This document shows positions 1 through 11,454 of a DNA stretch of 61,418 nt, piece by piece. Source of the stretch: Bacilli bacterium (GTDB lineage: Bacteria > Bacillota_I > Bacilli_A > RF39 > UBA660); NCBI GenBank assembly GCA_017432645.1, contig JAFRIU010000021.1, positions 1-61,418 on the forward strand, given 5' to 3'. The position numbers and the translations under genes were made by a program. Position 1 is the stretch's first letter. The number at the start of each line of letters is the position of its first letter. Below the pieces are notes generated by a model. The model saw only the letters and a program-made list of their open reading frames with translations, did no database searches and was not told where the DNA came from.

Positions 1-3000
1 CGTATGCCAGTGGAACAAGCAAATATTATGAATTTGGATATGCAACATCCACAACGAACTTCAATAATGGAACGGTAACATGGCTAGGAAGTGCATCAAC
101 AACCGCAACATACTCTGTACCAAAAGCAGAATTTAGAGGAACGAGATATTATACATGTCGAGTATATGCAAGTGATGGAACAAATACATCAGGAACAGTA
201 GCAGGAACCACCACAACAACGATGAGTTTAGTAAACGCAAGATTATATTTTGATGCCGCAACAAATGGAGGAACAGTAGGAACAGCAAACCTATATGTAC
301 CATATGGACAAACGAATATATATACAGGAAGAACGAATACAACAGCCGGAACAATCCCAAGTGCAACGAAAACAGGATATGCATTTAATGGATGGTACAC
401 AGCAGCAACGGGCGGAAGCCAAGTAATTAATGCATCCGGAGTAGTACAAGCAAGTGTATCAAGTTGGACAAACTCTTCAAAACAATGGTTAAGAACAGCA
501 ACAGGAGATAATAATACATCAAACGTTTTATATGCACAGTTTGGAGCTATTTCTTATACAATTGGATATACGATGAATGGAGGAACAGCACCAAGTGTGA
601 CTTCAGGGACGTATGATGCTGATGTAGCAATCGCAAAACCAAGTAAGACATTTGTAGTAAATATTGATGCGAATAGTCAGGGAGCAAGTATTACAAGTGG
701 AGGAAGTGCAGTAACATCAGCAAGCAGTGCACAAACGTTTGCAGGATGGACAGCATCTAATTTAAATACATCAACAGCGAAGTATGGATCAGCAGCCAAT
801 CCAACAACAGCATGGAACGGAACAACAAAAGTAGGAGCAAGCTATGATACGACATACTTCAAGAACTTAAGAAGCGAAACAGGAACGGTAACTTTAGTAG
901 CGAACTGGACAGCAGTAGCCGTAACCTTACCAAAGATAGAGAAACTAGGATCTACATGTGGATATGCAACGAGTGCAGGAGGAAGTATAACTTATGCAAG
1001 TGAAGGAAGTTATACACCATCTACAACATCAGGAAGTACGACACTATATGCAAAATGTACGATGAATGCACCAGAAGCACCAACAATTTCAGGAGCAACG
1101 ACGAAGATCTATGGAGCAAGTGCCGCAACCTTGACATGTACATCAACTGCAACCTATGCAGAAGGAACAACGAAGTATTATGCATTTGGATATGCAACAA
1201 GTGATGGAGAAACGCCAGGAAACTGGAGTGCTGATCAGACAAGTGCAACCTATTCCGTAGCAACGAACTATGTAGGAGATAGATATTATAGCTGCCGAGT
1301 ATACGCAAGTGATGGAACGAATACCACATCAACCGTAACGAGTGCCGCGAGTGGAGATGCATTAGTAAAAGTAAATAATGCGAAGTTAACATTTAATGTA
1401 TCAAGTAATGGTGGAAGCGGAGGCGGAACAGTCTATACTAAGAATGGAGCAACAGGAGTCTATACAGGAATTCAAAATACAACAGCAGGAAGTATTCCAA
1501 CTGCAACGAAGAGTGGATGGACATTTAATGGATGGTATGATGCAGCAAGTGGAGGAAACAAAGTATTAAATAGTGATGGAACGTTTACCGGAACAGCAGT
1601 ATCAGAATACACAACAGCTACAGCGTGGGCCGCAACAGCCGATAAGACCTTGTATGCACAATTTAGTATTAACAATCCAGCAACACCAACGATAACAGGA
1701 GGAGCAACAAAGATTTATAACTATCAAGATACAACCTTAACGTGTGCAAGTTCAACGAGCTATGCATCAGGAACGAGTAAATATTATGAATTTGGATATG
1801 CAACATCAACGACAAACTTCAATAACGGAACCATAACATGGTTAGGAAATGCATCAACAACGGCGACTCTTACAATAGGAAAGACAGCATTTAGAACGAC
1901 TAGATATTATACATGTCGAGTATATGCAAGTGATGGAACAAATACATCAGGAACAGTAGCAGGAACCACCACAACAACGATGAGTTTAGTAAACGCAAGA
2001 TTATATTTTGATGCCGCAACAAATGGAGGAACGACAGCAACAGCAAACCTATATGTACCATATGGCCAGACAAATGTTTATACAGGAAGAACGAATACAA
2101 CAGCCGGAACGATACCAACAGCAAGTAAGAGTGGATGGACATTTAATGGATGGTACACAGCAGCAAGCGGAGGAAGCCAAGTAGTCAATGCATCAGGAGT
2201 TGTACAAGCAAGTGTATCAGGATGGACAGATGCATCTAAGAACTGGTTAAGGACGGCAAATGGAAATAATGATACATCAAACGTTTTATATGCTCAGTTT
2301 AGTATTGGTAATCCAGCAACACCAACGATAAGTGGTGGAGCAACCAAGATTTACAATTATCAAGATACGACATTAACCTGTGCAACGACAACGAGTTATG
2401 CAAGTGGAACAAGTATCTATTATGAATTTGGATATTCAACAACAAGTGGTGGAAGCGTAACATGGTTAGGAAGTGCATCAACAACCGCAACCTATTCTGT
2501 AACGAAAGCTTTATATAGAGGAGCGAGATATTATACATGTCGAGTATATGCTGGGGATGGAACAAGTACTTCATCAACGGTCGCAGCAACCACAACGACA
2601 ACGATGTCACTAGTAAATGCAAGATTATATTTTGATGCAGCAACAAATGGTGGAACGGTTGGAACAGCAAACCTATATGTACCATATGGACAGACGAATA
2701 TTTATACAGGAAGAACGAATACAACAGCCGGAACGATACCAACAGCAAGTAAGAGTGGATGGACATTTAATGGATGGTATACAGCCGCAAGTGGAGGAAG
2801 CCAAGTAATCAATGCATCAGGAGTTGTACAAGCGAGTGTATCAGGATGGACAGATGCTTCTAAGAACTGGTTAAGAACAGCAAATGGAGACAATAACACA
2901 TCTAACGTTTTGTATGCACAATTCAGTATTAACAATCCAGCAACACCAACAATCAGTGGAGGAGCAACCAAGATTTATGGAGCAAGTGCAACAACCTTAA

Positions 3001-6000
3001 CATGTGCAACGACAACAACCTATGCAACTGGCACAAATATTTATTATTCATTTGGATATGCAACAAGTAATGGAGGAACACCAGGAAGCACGACATGGAC
3101 AACACCATCAACAACGGCAACGACATCTATTAGTGCAACGGCATATGTAGGACAGAGATGGTACTCATGCCGAGTATATGCAAGTGACGGAACAACAACG
3201 TCAAGTACAGTAACCAGTGCAGCAGCATCTGATACAGAAATGACGATTAATAACGCAAAATTAACGTTTAATGCAACGACGAATGGAGGAACCGGAGGAG
3301 GAGACGTATATACCAAGAAAGATGCAACAGTAGTATATACAACGATAAGAGGAACGACGACAGGAACGATACCAACAGCAACTAAGAGTGGATGGACACT
3401 AGCTGGCTGGTATGATGCAGCAAGTGGAGGAAACAAAGTACTAAATGCAGACGGAAGTTTTACCGGAACAGCAGTATCAGGATATACGAGTGCAAGTGCA
3501 TGGGCAGCAACAACAAACAAGACTTTATATGCACAATACACAATTGGAGCACCAGCAACACCAACGATCAGTGGCGGAACAACGAAGATTTATAACTATC
3601 AAGCAACAACTCTAACCTGTGCCACAACAACGACATATGCAAGTGGAACAAGTATCTATTATGAATTTGGATATGCGACATCAACAACGAATTTCAATAA
3701 TGGAACGGTAACATGGTTAGGAAGTCCATCAACAACGGCAACATACTCTGTACCAAAAGCAGAATTTAGAGGAACGAGATATTATACATGTCGAGTATAT
3801 GCTGGGGACGGAACCTCAACTTCAAGTACAGTAGCAGCAACTACAACCACAACGATGTCATTAGTCAATGCAAGATTGTACTTTGATGCTGCAACAAATG
3901 GGGGAACAACTGGAACAGCGAACCTATATGTACCATATGGAGCAACGAATATTTATACAGGAAGAAGCAATACAACAAATGGAACGATACCAGTCGCAAC
4001 GAAGACAGGATATACGTTTAATGGATGGTATACAGCAGCAAGTGGAGGAACATTAGTAATTAATTCATCAAAAGTAGTACAAGCAAGTGTATCAAGTTGG
4101 ACAGATGCTTCTAAGAACTGGTTAAGAACCGCAACAGGAAATAACGATACATCAAACGTTTTGTATGCTCAATTTAGTCCAAATAACTATACAATTAACT
4201 ATACGATGAACGGAGGAACAGCACCAAGTGTAACTTCAGGAACGTATGATAGCGATGTAGTAATAGCTAATCCTGGAAAGACATTCACAGTCAATATTGA
4301 TGCGAATAGTCAGGGAGCAACGATTACGTCAGGTGGAAACAATGTAACAAGTGCAAGTAGTGCACAAACATTTAGTGGATGGACGAGTACAACTTTAGGA
4401 AGCAATGCGAAGAGTGGAACAAGTGCTAACCCAACAGCATCATGGACAGGCGGATCTACAACTAACACTTACTTCAGAAATCTAGTAGAAAGTGGAACAG
4501 TGACCATGGTAGCGAACTGGACGGCAGTAGATGTAGTCTTACCAAAGATAGAGAAGACAGGATACACCTGTGGATTTGCAACAAGTGCAGGAGGAAGTAT
4601 CGCTTACGCAAGTGAAGCAAGTTACACTCCATCAACAACAGAAGGAAGTACGACATTATATGCAAGATGTACAATAACAGATCCAGGAACGCCAACAATT
4701 TCAGGTGGGGCAACAAAAGTATATGGAGCAAGTGCAACAACCCTAACTTGTACATCAAGTGCAACGTATGCAAGTGGAACAACGAAATATTATTCCTTTG
4801 GATATGCAACAAGTGATGGCGGAACACCAGGAAACTGGGGTAGTGATCAAACGAGTGCAACCTATTCTGTTGCGACGAATTATGTAGGACAAAGATGGTA
4901 CTCATGCCGAGTATACGCAAGTGATGGAACGAACACATCCGCAACGAGTACAAGCTTAACAACAGCAGACACATTAGTAACAGTAAACAATGCAAAACTA
5001 ACGTTTAACGCAACAACAAATGGAGGAACTGGAGGAGGAGACGTTTATACTAAGAACGGAGTATCAGTAGTATACTCAGGAATAAGAAATACAACGACAA
5101 CAACCATTCCAACTGCAACAAAAACAGGATGGACGTTAACAGGATGGTATGATGCCGCAAGTAGTGGAAACAAAGTATTAAATGCTGATGGAAGCTTTAC
5201 TGGAACGGCAGTTTCAGGCTACACAACAGCGAGTGCATGGGCTGCAACAGCAGATAAGACTTTATATGCACAATATACAATCAATAATCCAGCCACACCA
5301 ACAATCAGTGGAGGAACAACAAAGATCTATGGAGTAAGTGCAACAACACTAACTTGTGCAACGACCTCAACATATGCAAGTGGAACGAGTATTTATTATT
5401 CATTTGGATATGCAACAAGTGATGGAGGAACACCAGGAAGTAGTACCTGGACAACCGCATCAACAACAGCAACCTTATCTATCAGTGCAACAGCTTATAC
5501 AGGAGATAGATATTACTCATGTCGAGTATATGCTGGGGACGGAACAACAACATCTGGAACAGTTACAAGCTTAACGAGTGCAGACACCTTAATGAGATTA
5601 AATAACGCAACCTTAACATTTGATGCGACAACAAACGGAGGAACCGGAGGCGGAACAGTATATACAAGAAAGAATGCAACGGGAGTATATACAGGAATTA
5701 GAAATACAACAGCCGGAACGATACCAACAGCTACGGCACCAACAGGATATACACTAGCCGGATGGTACGATGCATCAAGCGGAGGAAATAAAGTATTAAA
5801 TGCTGATGGAACATTTACCGGAACAGCAGTATCTGGATATACCACAGCGAGTGCATGGGCTGCAACGACGAACAAGACCTTATATGCACAGTACACAATT
5901 AATAATCCAGCAACGCCAACAATAACTGGAGGAGCAACGAAAATCTATGGAGCAAGTGCAACGACCCTAACTTGTGCAACAACAACGACATATGCAAGTG

Positions 6001-9000
6001 GAACAAATTTATATTATTCGTTTGGATATGCAACGAGTGATGGAGGAACACCAGGAAGTAGTACCTGGACAACAGCTTCAACAACTGCAACTCTATCAAT
6101 CAGTGCCACAGCCTATGTAGGACAGAGATGGTATAGCTGTCGAGTATACGCAAGTGACGGAACTTCTACATCATCAACTGTGGTAAGTGCAACAACAGCA
6201 GATACAGCAATGACGATTAATAATGCAACGTTAACGTTTGATGCAACAACAAATGGCGGAACCGGAGGCGGAACAGTCTATACAAAGACAGGAGCAACAG
6301 GAGTTTACACAGGAATCAGAAACGCAACAGCCGGAAGCATTCCAAGTGCAACACCAGCAAATGGATATACGATGAATGGATGGTACAATCAAGCAAGTGG
6401 AGAAAGTAAAGTCTTAAATGCAGATGGAAGCTTTACTGGAACAGCAGTATCAGGATATACAACAGCGAGTGCATGGGCCGCAACAACGAATAAGACCTTA
6501 TATGCACAATATAGTGGAATTACTTATACAGTTGGATATACAATGAACGGTGGAGTAAAAGGAACGAATGGACCAACAAGTGGAACATATGGAAGTAATG
6601 TAGAAGTAAGTAAACCAAGTAAGACATTTACTGTAACTATTGATGGAAATAGTCAAGGAGCAAATATTACACTTGGAGGAAATGCAGTAACAGAAGCAAG
6701 TAGTGCACAAACATTTGCCGGATGGACAGCAAGTGATTTAAATACTTCAACGGCAGTATATGGATCAACGAGTAATCCAACAACCTCATGGAATGGAACA
6801 ACAAGTGTAGGAGCAAGTTATGCAACAACATACTTTAAGAATTTAAGGAATACAACAGGAACAGTAACACTAACCGCAAACTGGACAGCAGTCGCAGTTG
6901 CTTTACCAAAAATTGAAAAAACAGGATATACGTGTGGATATGCAACGAGCTCAACTGGATCTATCGCTTATTCAAGTGAAGGAAGCTATACCCCATCTAC
7001 GACAACAGGAAGTGCAACATTATATGCAAAATGTACGATTAATGATCCGGCAACACCAACAATCAGTGGAGGAGCAACCAAGATTTATGGAGCAAGTTCA
7101 ACGACATTAACCTGTGCAACCACAACGACGTATGCAAGTGGAGTAACAAAATACTATTCATTTGGATATGCAGAAAGTGATGGAGAAACTCCAGGAAACT
7201 GGACGACTGCTTCGTCAACAGCAACGAAATCCATCAGTGCAACAGAGTATGTTGGCCAAAGATGGTACTCATGCCGAGTATATGCAAGTGATGGAACGAA
7301 CACATCAGAAACAGTAACCAGTGCAACAGCATCCGACACCGAAATGACCATTAATAATGCAACGTTAACATTTGATGCGACAACAAATGGAGGAACGGGT
7401 GGCGGAACAGTCTATACGAAGACAGGTGCTACTGGAGTTTACACAGGAATCAGAAATGAAACGGCTGGAACCATTCCAACAGCTGTTCCAGCAACAGGCT
7501 CTGAGCTCACTGGCTGGTATACTTTAGCAACTGGAGGAGATAAAGTATTAAATGCAGATGGAACCTTCACAGGAACAGCGGTAAGTGAATATACGGAAAC
7601 GAGTGCCTGGGCTGTAACAACAAATAAAACTTTGTATGCACAATATGAAGCACTCTGCTCATCATTCACCGATGATTCTTGGGAAACAATTGTATACAAT
7701 GTCCAAACAGGAAATACAAGTAGATACCCAGTTGGATGTACAAAATCAATAGATTTAGGAAATTCAATTGGTACAAAAAATGTAAGAGTAGCGAATAATT
7801 CTACTCCATCAGAATGTAGTACACCAGGATTTTCACAAACAGCTTGTGGTTTTGTTCTAGAGTTTACTAATCTTGTTGAAAGATACAACATGAATGGTAC
7901 TAATACTAGCGAAGGCGGATGGCCAGCGAGTTTAATGAGAAACCATCTAAACAGTACTGCATCCACAACAAGTATTATCAATTCTTTACCTGATGTGATA
8001 AAGAATGCAATAATAGATACAACAGTAGTATCCGGTTATGAAGATGGACAATCTAGTAATTATACATCTATAGATAAGCTTTATTTACTATCCTATGTAG
8101 AAGTATATGGAAGTAATTATACATACGATACAGTAACAACAGCTCAAACAAGGCAACTAGATTATTACTCTAAAATTGGAGTAACAAGCAGTAATTATTC
8201 TGGTGCAATAAAGGATCAATCTGTTTACTGGTGGCTGCGTTCACCTATCTCTGCTTTGAATGAACATTTCATGTATATAGACAATAATGGTAATTGGGGA
8301 AGTTATAATGCTTTCTCGGCTACTCCACTTGGAGAATCTCCTGCTTTCCGATTAGGATCATCTTTTGCAACAGATTCCTGGGAAGCAATAGTTTCAAATG
8401 TACAGTCTGGGAATACAGATGGTTATTATGTAGGTGATGAAAAAGAAGTTGATTTAGGAACTCTTGGAACTCATACATTGAGAATTGCCAATAAATCAAC
8501 TCCGGATGAATGCTTTGGAAATAACTATTCGCAAACAGCATGCGGATTTGTATTAGAATTTGCAGATTTGATTGGAACAAGGGCAATGCATTCTAGTTCT
8601 ACTAATAAGGGTGGATGGCCAGGAACCACAATGCGAACTTATGTAAATACAGATATTTACAATGCTCTACCAGAAGCATTAAGAAATGGAATTATGTCAA
8701 CGAAAGTAATTTCAGGGCATGGATCAACAAGTGGTGAAACGAATTTTACAACACAGGATAAGTTATACTTACTATCTATGGTAGAAGTTTATGGAGAAGA
8801 TTATACTTATGATTCTTTGACTACAACTCAAACACGCCAATTGGATTACTATTCTCAAATTGGTGTAACAGCATCTAATTATTCTGGAGCCATTAAGAAA
8901 AATGGGACAACAAATACTGCATGGAGACTTAGGTCACCAAGATCAAATAACACAACATATTATGATTATATTAATGCTTCGGGAAATAGAGCTAATGCTT

Positions 9001-11156
9001 CAGCAACAACAGCTTACGGAGTATCTCCAGCATTTAAGATAGGAATAGTTAATCCGTCATTTGAAACGGATTCTTGGGAAACTATTGTTGAAAATGTACA
9101 AAATGATAATACGGATTATTATCATGTAGGAGATACTAAGGAAGTAGATTTAGGATCTTTAGGAACACATATACTAAGAATTGCTAATATGTCTAAACCA
9201 AGCGATTGCTATAGACAAAATATATCTCAAACATCGTGTGGATTTGTATTAGAATTTGCTGATCTAATTGGAACTAGAGCAATGCATTCTAGTGCTACTA
9301 ATGTAGGTGGATGGCCAGATACAACGATGAGAACTTATGTAAATACAGATATTTATAATGCTTTGCCAACTGTATTAAAAAGCGCGATTATTGATACCAC
9401 TGTAATTTCAGGACATGGATCAACCAGCGGAGAATCAAATTGGACAACTACTGATAAACTATATCTTTTATCATCCGTAGAAATTTATGGTGAGAATTAT
9501 GATTTAGATACTGTTACTACGTCATATACAAGACAATTAGATTACTATAGGGATATAGGAGTAACAGCATCTAATTATTCAGGAGCAATCAAGCAAAATG
9601 GAACAACAAATACTGCATGGCGACTTCGATCAGCACGTTCTAGCAATGCAACATATTATGTATATATTACTAATACAGGAAATAAAGGAACAGCATCTGC
9701 AACAACAGCATATGGAGTATCGCCAGCATTCCGCTTAAGTTCATTTAATAATCACACGGCATTTGGAGATGATACATGGGAAACAATATCAGATAACGTA
9801 ATATCGGGAGATACAAGTCTATATAATGTGGGAGATACAAAGAAAGTAGATATGGGTGCATTTGGAATTCATACTTTACGACTTGCTAATAAGACAACGA
9901 CATCTGATTGTTCAACAGATGGCTATTCGAGAACAGCCTGTGGCTTTGTATTAGAGTTCACTGACATTATTACTACACATGTTATGAATAGCAGTGGAAG
10001 TGCATATGGAGGATGGCCAGCAAGTGATATGAGAACATATGTAAATAATGTTATTTATAATGCATTACCATCAGCATTAAGGAATGTAATAATTGATACT
10101 ATAGTTGTTTCTGGTTATGAAACAAATGCTGCAGTTCAAACGAATTATGTATCAACTGATAAGCTATATTTCTTGTCGACAGCAGAAATATATGGACAAG
10201 CATATAGTAGTTCAGATACAGTAACGACAGATTATACAAGGCAATTAGATTATTATGCAAATTTGTCAGTAACAAAAGATAATAATACAGGAGTAGTAAA
10301 TAAAATTGCAGAAACGGGTGGTAGATGGTGGCTTCGCTCACCAATTGCAAGAGGGGCGATTGGCTTCTTTTGGGCAACATATAATGCTGGCTCGAATCAT
10401 AGTAATGCCGGTTCATTTGCTGCAAATGTTAGTTATGGAGTATCTCCAGCATTTCGATTAGGAATTCCAGAATCAGTTTCTTTTGAAGACGATTCATGGG
10501 ACACTATTGTTAAACTAATTCAATTGGATCAAACAGACACGTATAATGTGGGTGATACAAGAGAAATCGATATGGGAACCTTAGGCACTCATACATTAAG
10601 GATTGCGAATAAATCAACTCCAAGTGAATGCTCAGATTCTACTTTTTCTAAGTCTGCTTGTGGATTTGTATTAGAATTTGCGGATATTATTAGTAAGAAT
10701 TATATGAATTCAACTAATACCAGTATAGGAGGATGGAATTCATCTGCAATGAGAACATATGTAAATGGAACAATATACAATGCCCTTCCAGAAGATTTAA
10801 AAGCAGTAATAATTAGTACTAAAATTGCATCAGGATATGAGAAAGCAGCAAATGAAGAAGATAGAGGAGGAGTATATTATTCTACCGATAAGTTATATTT
10901 AATATCGTATGTAGAAATGTATGGTGCAGATCTTGTTTATGATACCCTAAAAACAGATATCACGAGAAGATTAGACTATTATGTCAGTGGTAGTAGAATT
11001 AAGAAATATAATGATAGTGCAACTTCGTGGTGGCAGAGAGATGGTTCTACTAATTGGAATAATAAATTCTTATATGTATCTAACACTGGAAGTGGTTTGG
11101 ATAGTGATGGTGCTTCTGAAACATTTGGAGTGTCTCCACTTTTCCGTATTGGATAA
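1..11156 (+). CDS. Giant repetitive secreted/cell-surface protein, 5'-truncated by the window edge
   Basis: Frame 3 is open from nt 3. The codons upstream of the listed Met (222) translate to the same repeat (YASGTSKYYEFGYATS...). Listeria-Bacteroides-type repeats (..NGGT..Y..G..IP.ATK.GY.F.GWY..ASGG....LYAQF/Y) alternate with Cys-pair Ig-like modules (TLTC...YYSCRVYA.DG). Five modules of about 230 aa follow at the C-terminus. The protein ends ...GVSPLFRIG with no LPXTG. Confidence 0.9.
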   Translation, partial: YASGTSKYYEFGYATSTTNFNNGTVTWLGSASTTATYSVPKAEFRGTRYYTCRVYASDGTNTSGTVAGTTTTTMSLVNARLYFDAATNGGTVGTANLYVPYGQTNIYTGRTNTTAGTIPSATKTGYAFNGWYTAATGGSQVINASGVVQASVSSWTNSSKQWLRTATGDNNTSNVLYAQFGAISYTIGYTMNGGTAPSVTSGTYDADVAIAKPSKTFVVNIDANSQGASITSGGSAVTSASSAQTFAGWTASNLNTSTAKYGSAANPTTAWNGTTKVGASYDTTYFKNLRSETGTVTLVANWTAVAVTLPKIEKLGSTCGYATSAGGSITYASEGSYTPSTTSGSTTLYAKCTMNAPEAPTISGATTKIYGASAATLTCTSTATYAEGTTKYYAFGYATSDGETPGNWSADQTSATYSVATNYVGDRYYSCRVYASDGTNTTSTVTSAASGDALVKVNNAKLTFNVSSNGGSGGGTVYTKNGATGVYTGIQNTTAGSIPTATKSGWTFNGWYDAASGGNKVLNSDGTFTGTAVSEYTTATAWAATADKTLYAQFSINNPATPTITGGATKIYNYQDTTLTCASSTSYASGTSKYYEFGYATSTTNFNNGTITWLGNASTTATLTIGKTAFRTTRYYTCRVYASDGTNTSGTVAGTTTTTMSLVNARLYFDAATNGGTTATANLYVPYGQTNVYTGRTNTTAGTIPTASKSGWTFNGWYTAASGGSQVVNASGVVQASVSGWTDASKNWLRTANGNNDTSNVLYAQFSIGNPATPTISGGATKIYNYQDTTLTCATTTSYASGTSIYYEFGYSTTSGGSVTWLGSASTTATYSVTKALYRGARYYTCRVYAGDGTSTSSTVAATTTTTMSLVNARLYFDAATNGGTVGTANLYVPYGQTNIYTGRTNTTAGTIPTASKSGWTFNGWYTAASGGSQVINASGVVQASVSGWTDASKNWLRTANGDNNTSNVLYAQFSINNPATPTISGGATKIYGASATTLTCATTTTYATGTNIYYSFGYATSNGGTPGSTTWTTPSTTATTSISATAYVGQRWYSCRVYASDGTTTSSTVTSAAASDTEMTINNAKLTFNATTNGGTGGGDVYTKKDATVVYTTIRGTTTGTIPTATKSGWTLAGWYDAASGGNKVLNADGSFTGTAVSGYTSASAWAATTNKTLYAQYTIGAPATPTISGGTTKIYNYQATTLTCATTTTYASGTSIYYEFGYATSTTNFNNGTVTWLGSPSTTATYSVPKAEFRGTRYYTCRVYAGDGTSTSSTVAATTTTTMSLVNARLYFDAATNGGTTGTANLYVPYGATNIYTGRSNTTNGTIPVATKTGYTFNGWYTAASGGTLVINSSKVVQASVSSWTDASKNWLRTATGNNDTSNVLYAQFSPNNYTINYTMNGGTAPSVTSGTYDSDVVIANPGKTFTVNIDANSQGATITSGGNNVTSASSAQTFSGWTSTTLGSNAKSGTSANPTASWTGGSTTNTYFRNLVESGTVTMVANWTAVDVVLPKIEKTGYTCGFATSAGGSIAYASEASYTPSTTEGSTTLYARCTITDPGTPTISGGATKVYGASATTLTCTSSATYASGTTKYYSFGYATSDGGTPGNWGSDQTSATYSVATNYVGQRWYSCRVYASDGTNTSATSTSLTTADTLVTVNNAKLTFNATTNGGTGGGDVYTKNGVSVVYSGIRNTTTTTIPTATKTGWTLTGWYDAASSGNKVLNADGSFTGTAVSGYTTASAWAATADKTLYAQYTINNPATPTISGGTTKIYGVSATTLTCATTSTYASGTSIYYSFGYATSDGGTPGSSTWTTASTTATLSISATAYTGDRYYSCRVYAGDGTTTSGTVTSLTSADTLMRLNNATLTFDATTNGGTGGGTVYTRKNATGVYTGIRNTTAGTIPTATAPTGYTLAGWYDASSGGNKVLNADGTFTGTAVSGYTTASAWAATTNKTLYAQYTINNPATPTITGGATKIYGASATTLTCATTTTYASGTNLYYSFGYATSDGGTPGSSTWTTASTTATLSISATAYVGQRWYSCRVYASDGTSTSSTVVSATTADTAMTINNATLTFDATTNGGTGGGTVYTKTGATGVYTGIRNATAGSIPSATPANGYTMNGWYNQASGESKVLNADGSFTGTAVSGYTTASAWAATTNKTLYAQYSGITYTVGYTMNGGVKGTNGPTSGTYGSNVEVSKPSKTFTVTIDGNSQGANITLGGNAVTEASSAQTFAGWTASDLNTSTAVYGSTSNPTTSWNGTTSVGASYATTYFKNLRNTTGTVTLTANWTAVAVALPKIEKTGYTCGYATSSTGSIAYSSEGSYTPSTTTGSATLYAKCTINDPATPTISGGATKIYGASSTTLTCATTTTYASGVTKYYSFGYAESDGETPGNWTTASSTATKSISATEYVGQRWYSCRVYASDGTNTSETVTSATASDTEMTINNATLTFDATTNGGTGGGTVYTKTGATGVYTGIRNETAGTIPTAVPATGSELTGWYTLATGGDKVLNADGTFTGTAVSEYTETSAWAVTTNKTLYAQYEALCSSFTDDSWETIVYNVQTGNTSRYPVGCTKSIDLGNSIGTKNVRVANNSTPSECSTPGFSQTACGFVLEFTNLVERYNMNGTNTSEGGWPASLMRNHLNSTASTTSIINSLPDVIKNAIIDTTVVSGYEDGQSSNYTSIDKLYLLSYVEVYGSNYTYDTVTTAQTRQLDYYSKIGVTSSNYSGAIKDQSVYWWLRSPISALNEHFMYIDNNGNWGSYNAFSATPLGESPAFRLGSSFATDSWEAIVSNVQSGNTDGYYVGDEKEVDLGTLGTHTLRIANKSTPDECFGNNYSQTACGFVLEFADLIGTRAMHSSSTNKGGWPGTTMRTYVNTDIYNALPEALRNGIMSTKVISGHGSTSGETNFTTQDKLYLLSMVEVYGEDYTYDSLTTTQTRQLDYYSQIGVTASNYSGAIKKNGTTNTAWRLRSPRSNNTTYYDYINASGNRANASATTAYGVSPAFKIGIVNPSFETDSWETIVENVQNDNTDYYHVGDTKEVDLGSLGTHILRIANMSKPSDCYRQNISQTSCGFVLEFADLIGTRAMHSSATNVGGWPDTTMRTYVNTDIYNALPTVLKSAIIDTTVISGHGSTSGESNWTTTDKLYLLSSVEIYGENYDLDTVTTSYTRQLDYYRDIGVTASNYSGAIKQNGTTNTAWRLRSARSSNATYYVYITNTGNKGTASATTAYGVSPAFRLSSFNNHTAFGDDTWETISDNVISGDTSLYNVGDTKKVDMGAFGIHTLRLANKTTTSDCSTDGYSRTACGFVLEFTDIITTHVMNSSGSAYGGWPASDMRTYVNNVIYNALPSALRNVIIDTIVVSGYETNAAVQTNYVSTDKLYFLSTAEIYGQAYSSSDTVTTDYTRQLDYYANLSVTKDNNTGVVNKIAETGGRWWLRSPIARGAIGFFWATYNAGSNHSNAGSFAANVSYGVSPAFRLGIPESVSFEDDSWDTIVKLIQLDQTDTYNVGDTREIDMGTLGTHTLRIANKSTPSECSDSTFSKSACGFVLEFADIISKNYMNSTNTSIGGWNSSAMRTYVNGTIYNALPEDLKAVIISTKIASGYEKAANEEDRGGVYYSTDKLYLISYVEMYGADLVYDTLKTDITRRLDYYVSGSRIKKYNDSATSWWQRDGSTNWNNKFLYVSNTGSGLDSDGASETFGVSPLFRIG

Positions 11157-11199
11157 CATTAATGTAATAAAAAGAAAATGTAGATACAAATAATCAGAA

Positions 11200-11232
11200 C
11201 AGTCAATGCATGACGCATTGACTGCTTTTTTT
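11200..11232 (+). terminator. Rho-independent terminator of the giant gene
   Basis: Hairpin cagtcaatgc-atga-gcattgactg followed by a T-run. Confidence 0.75.
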
Positions 11233-11454
11233 GATTTTAATAAACTTTTATAAATTATTATTCTAGTTTCTCTTCTTTTCAATTTTTTATCAAATGTCAT
11301 CACATTATGATTATAGGTACCTTATTTCATTGTGTTGTGGATGGCATATATTAAAAATTATATGAAACAAAAGCTTTCTTTTTTTGTCGATTACATTTTT
11401 TTTCTTCTTTTGTCGAACTAGTGGATTGTTTTTTCTTTTCATTTTATTCTTATT

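Noticed and set aside
133-10425. About 20 antisense or out-of-frame ORFs listed inside the giant gene (e.g. 133-384, 1021-1392, 2299-2766, 3044-3541, 4474-4995, 5513-5896, 7439-7981, 10099-10425).
   Set aside because: All lie within the single long frame-3 ORF. Their translations are low-complexity (Leu/His/Val-rich) mirror images of the ACA/GCA/GGA-rich repeats. None has an RBS or an independent motif.
10981-11303. ORFs 10981-11193 (+) and 11070-11303 (-).
   Set aside because: They overlap the 3' end and terminator of the giant gene and have no RBS or motifs.
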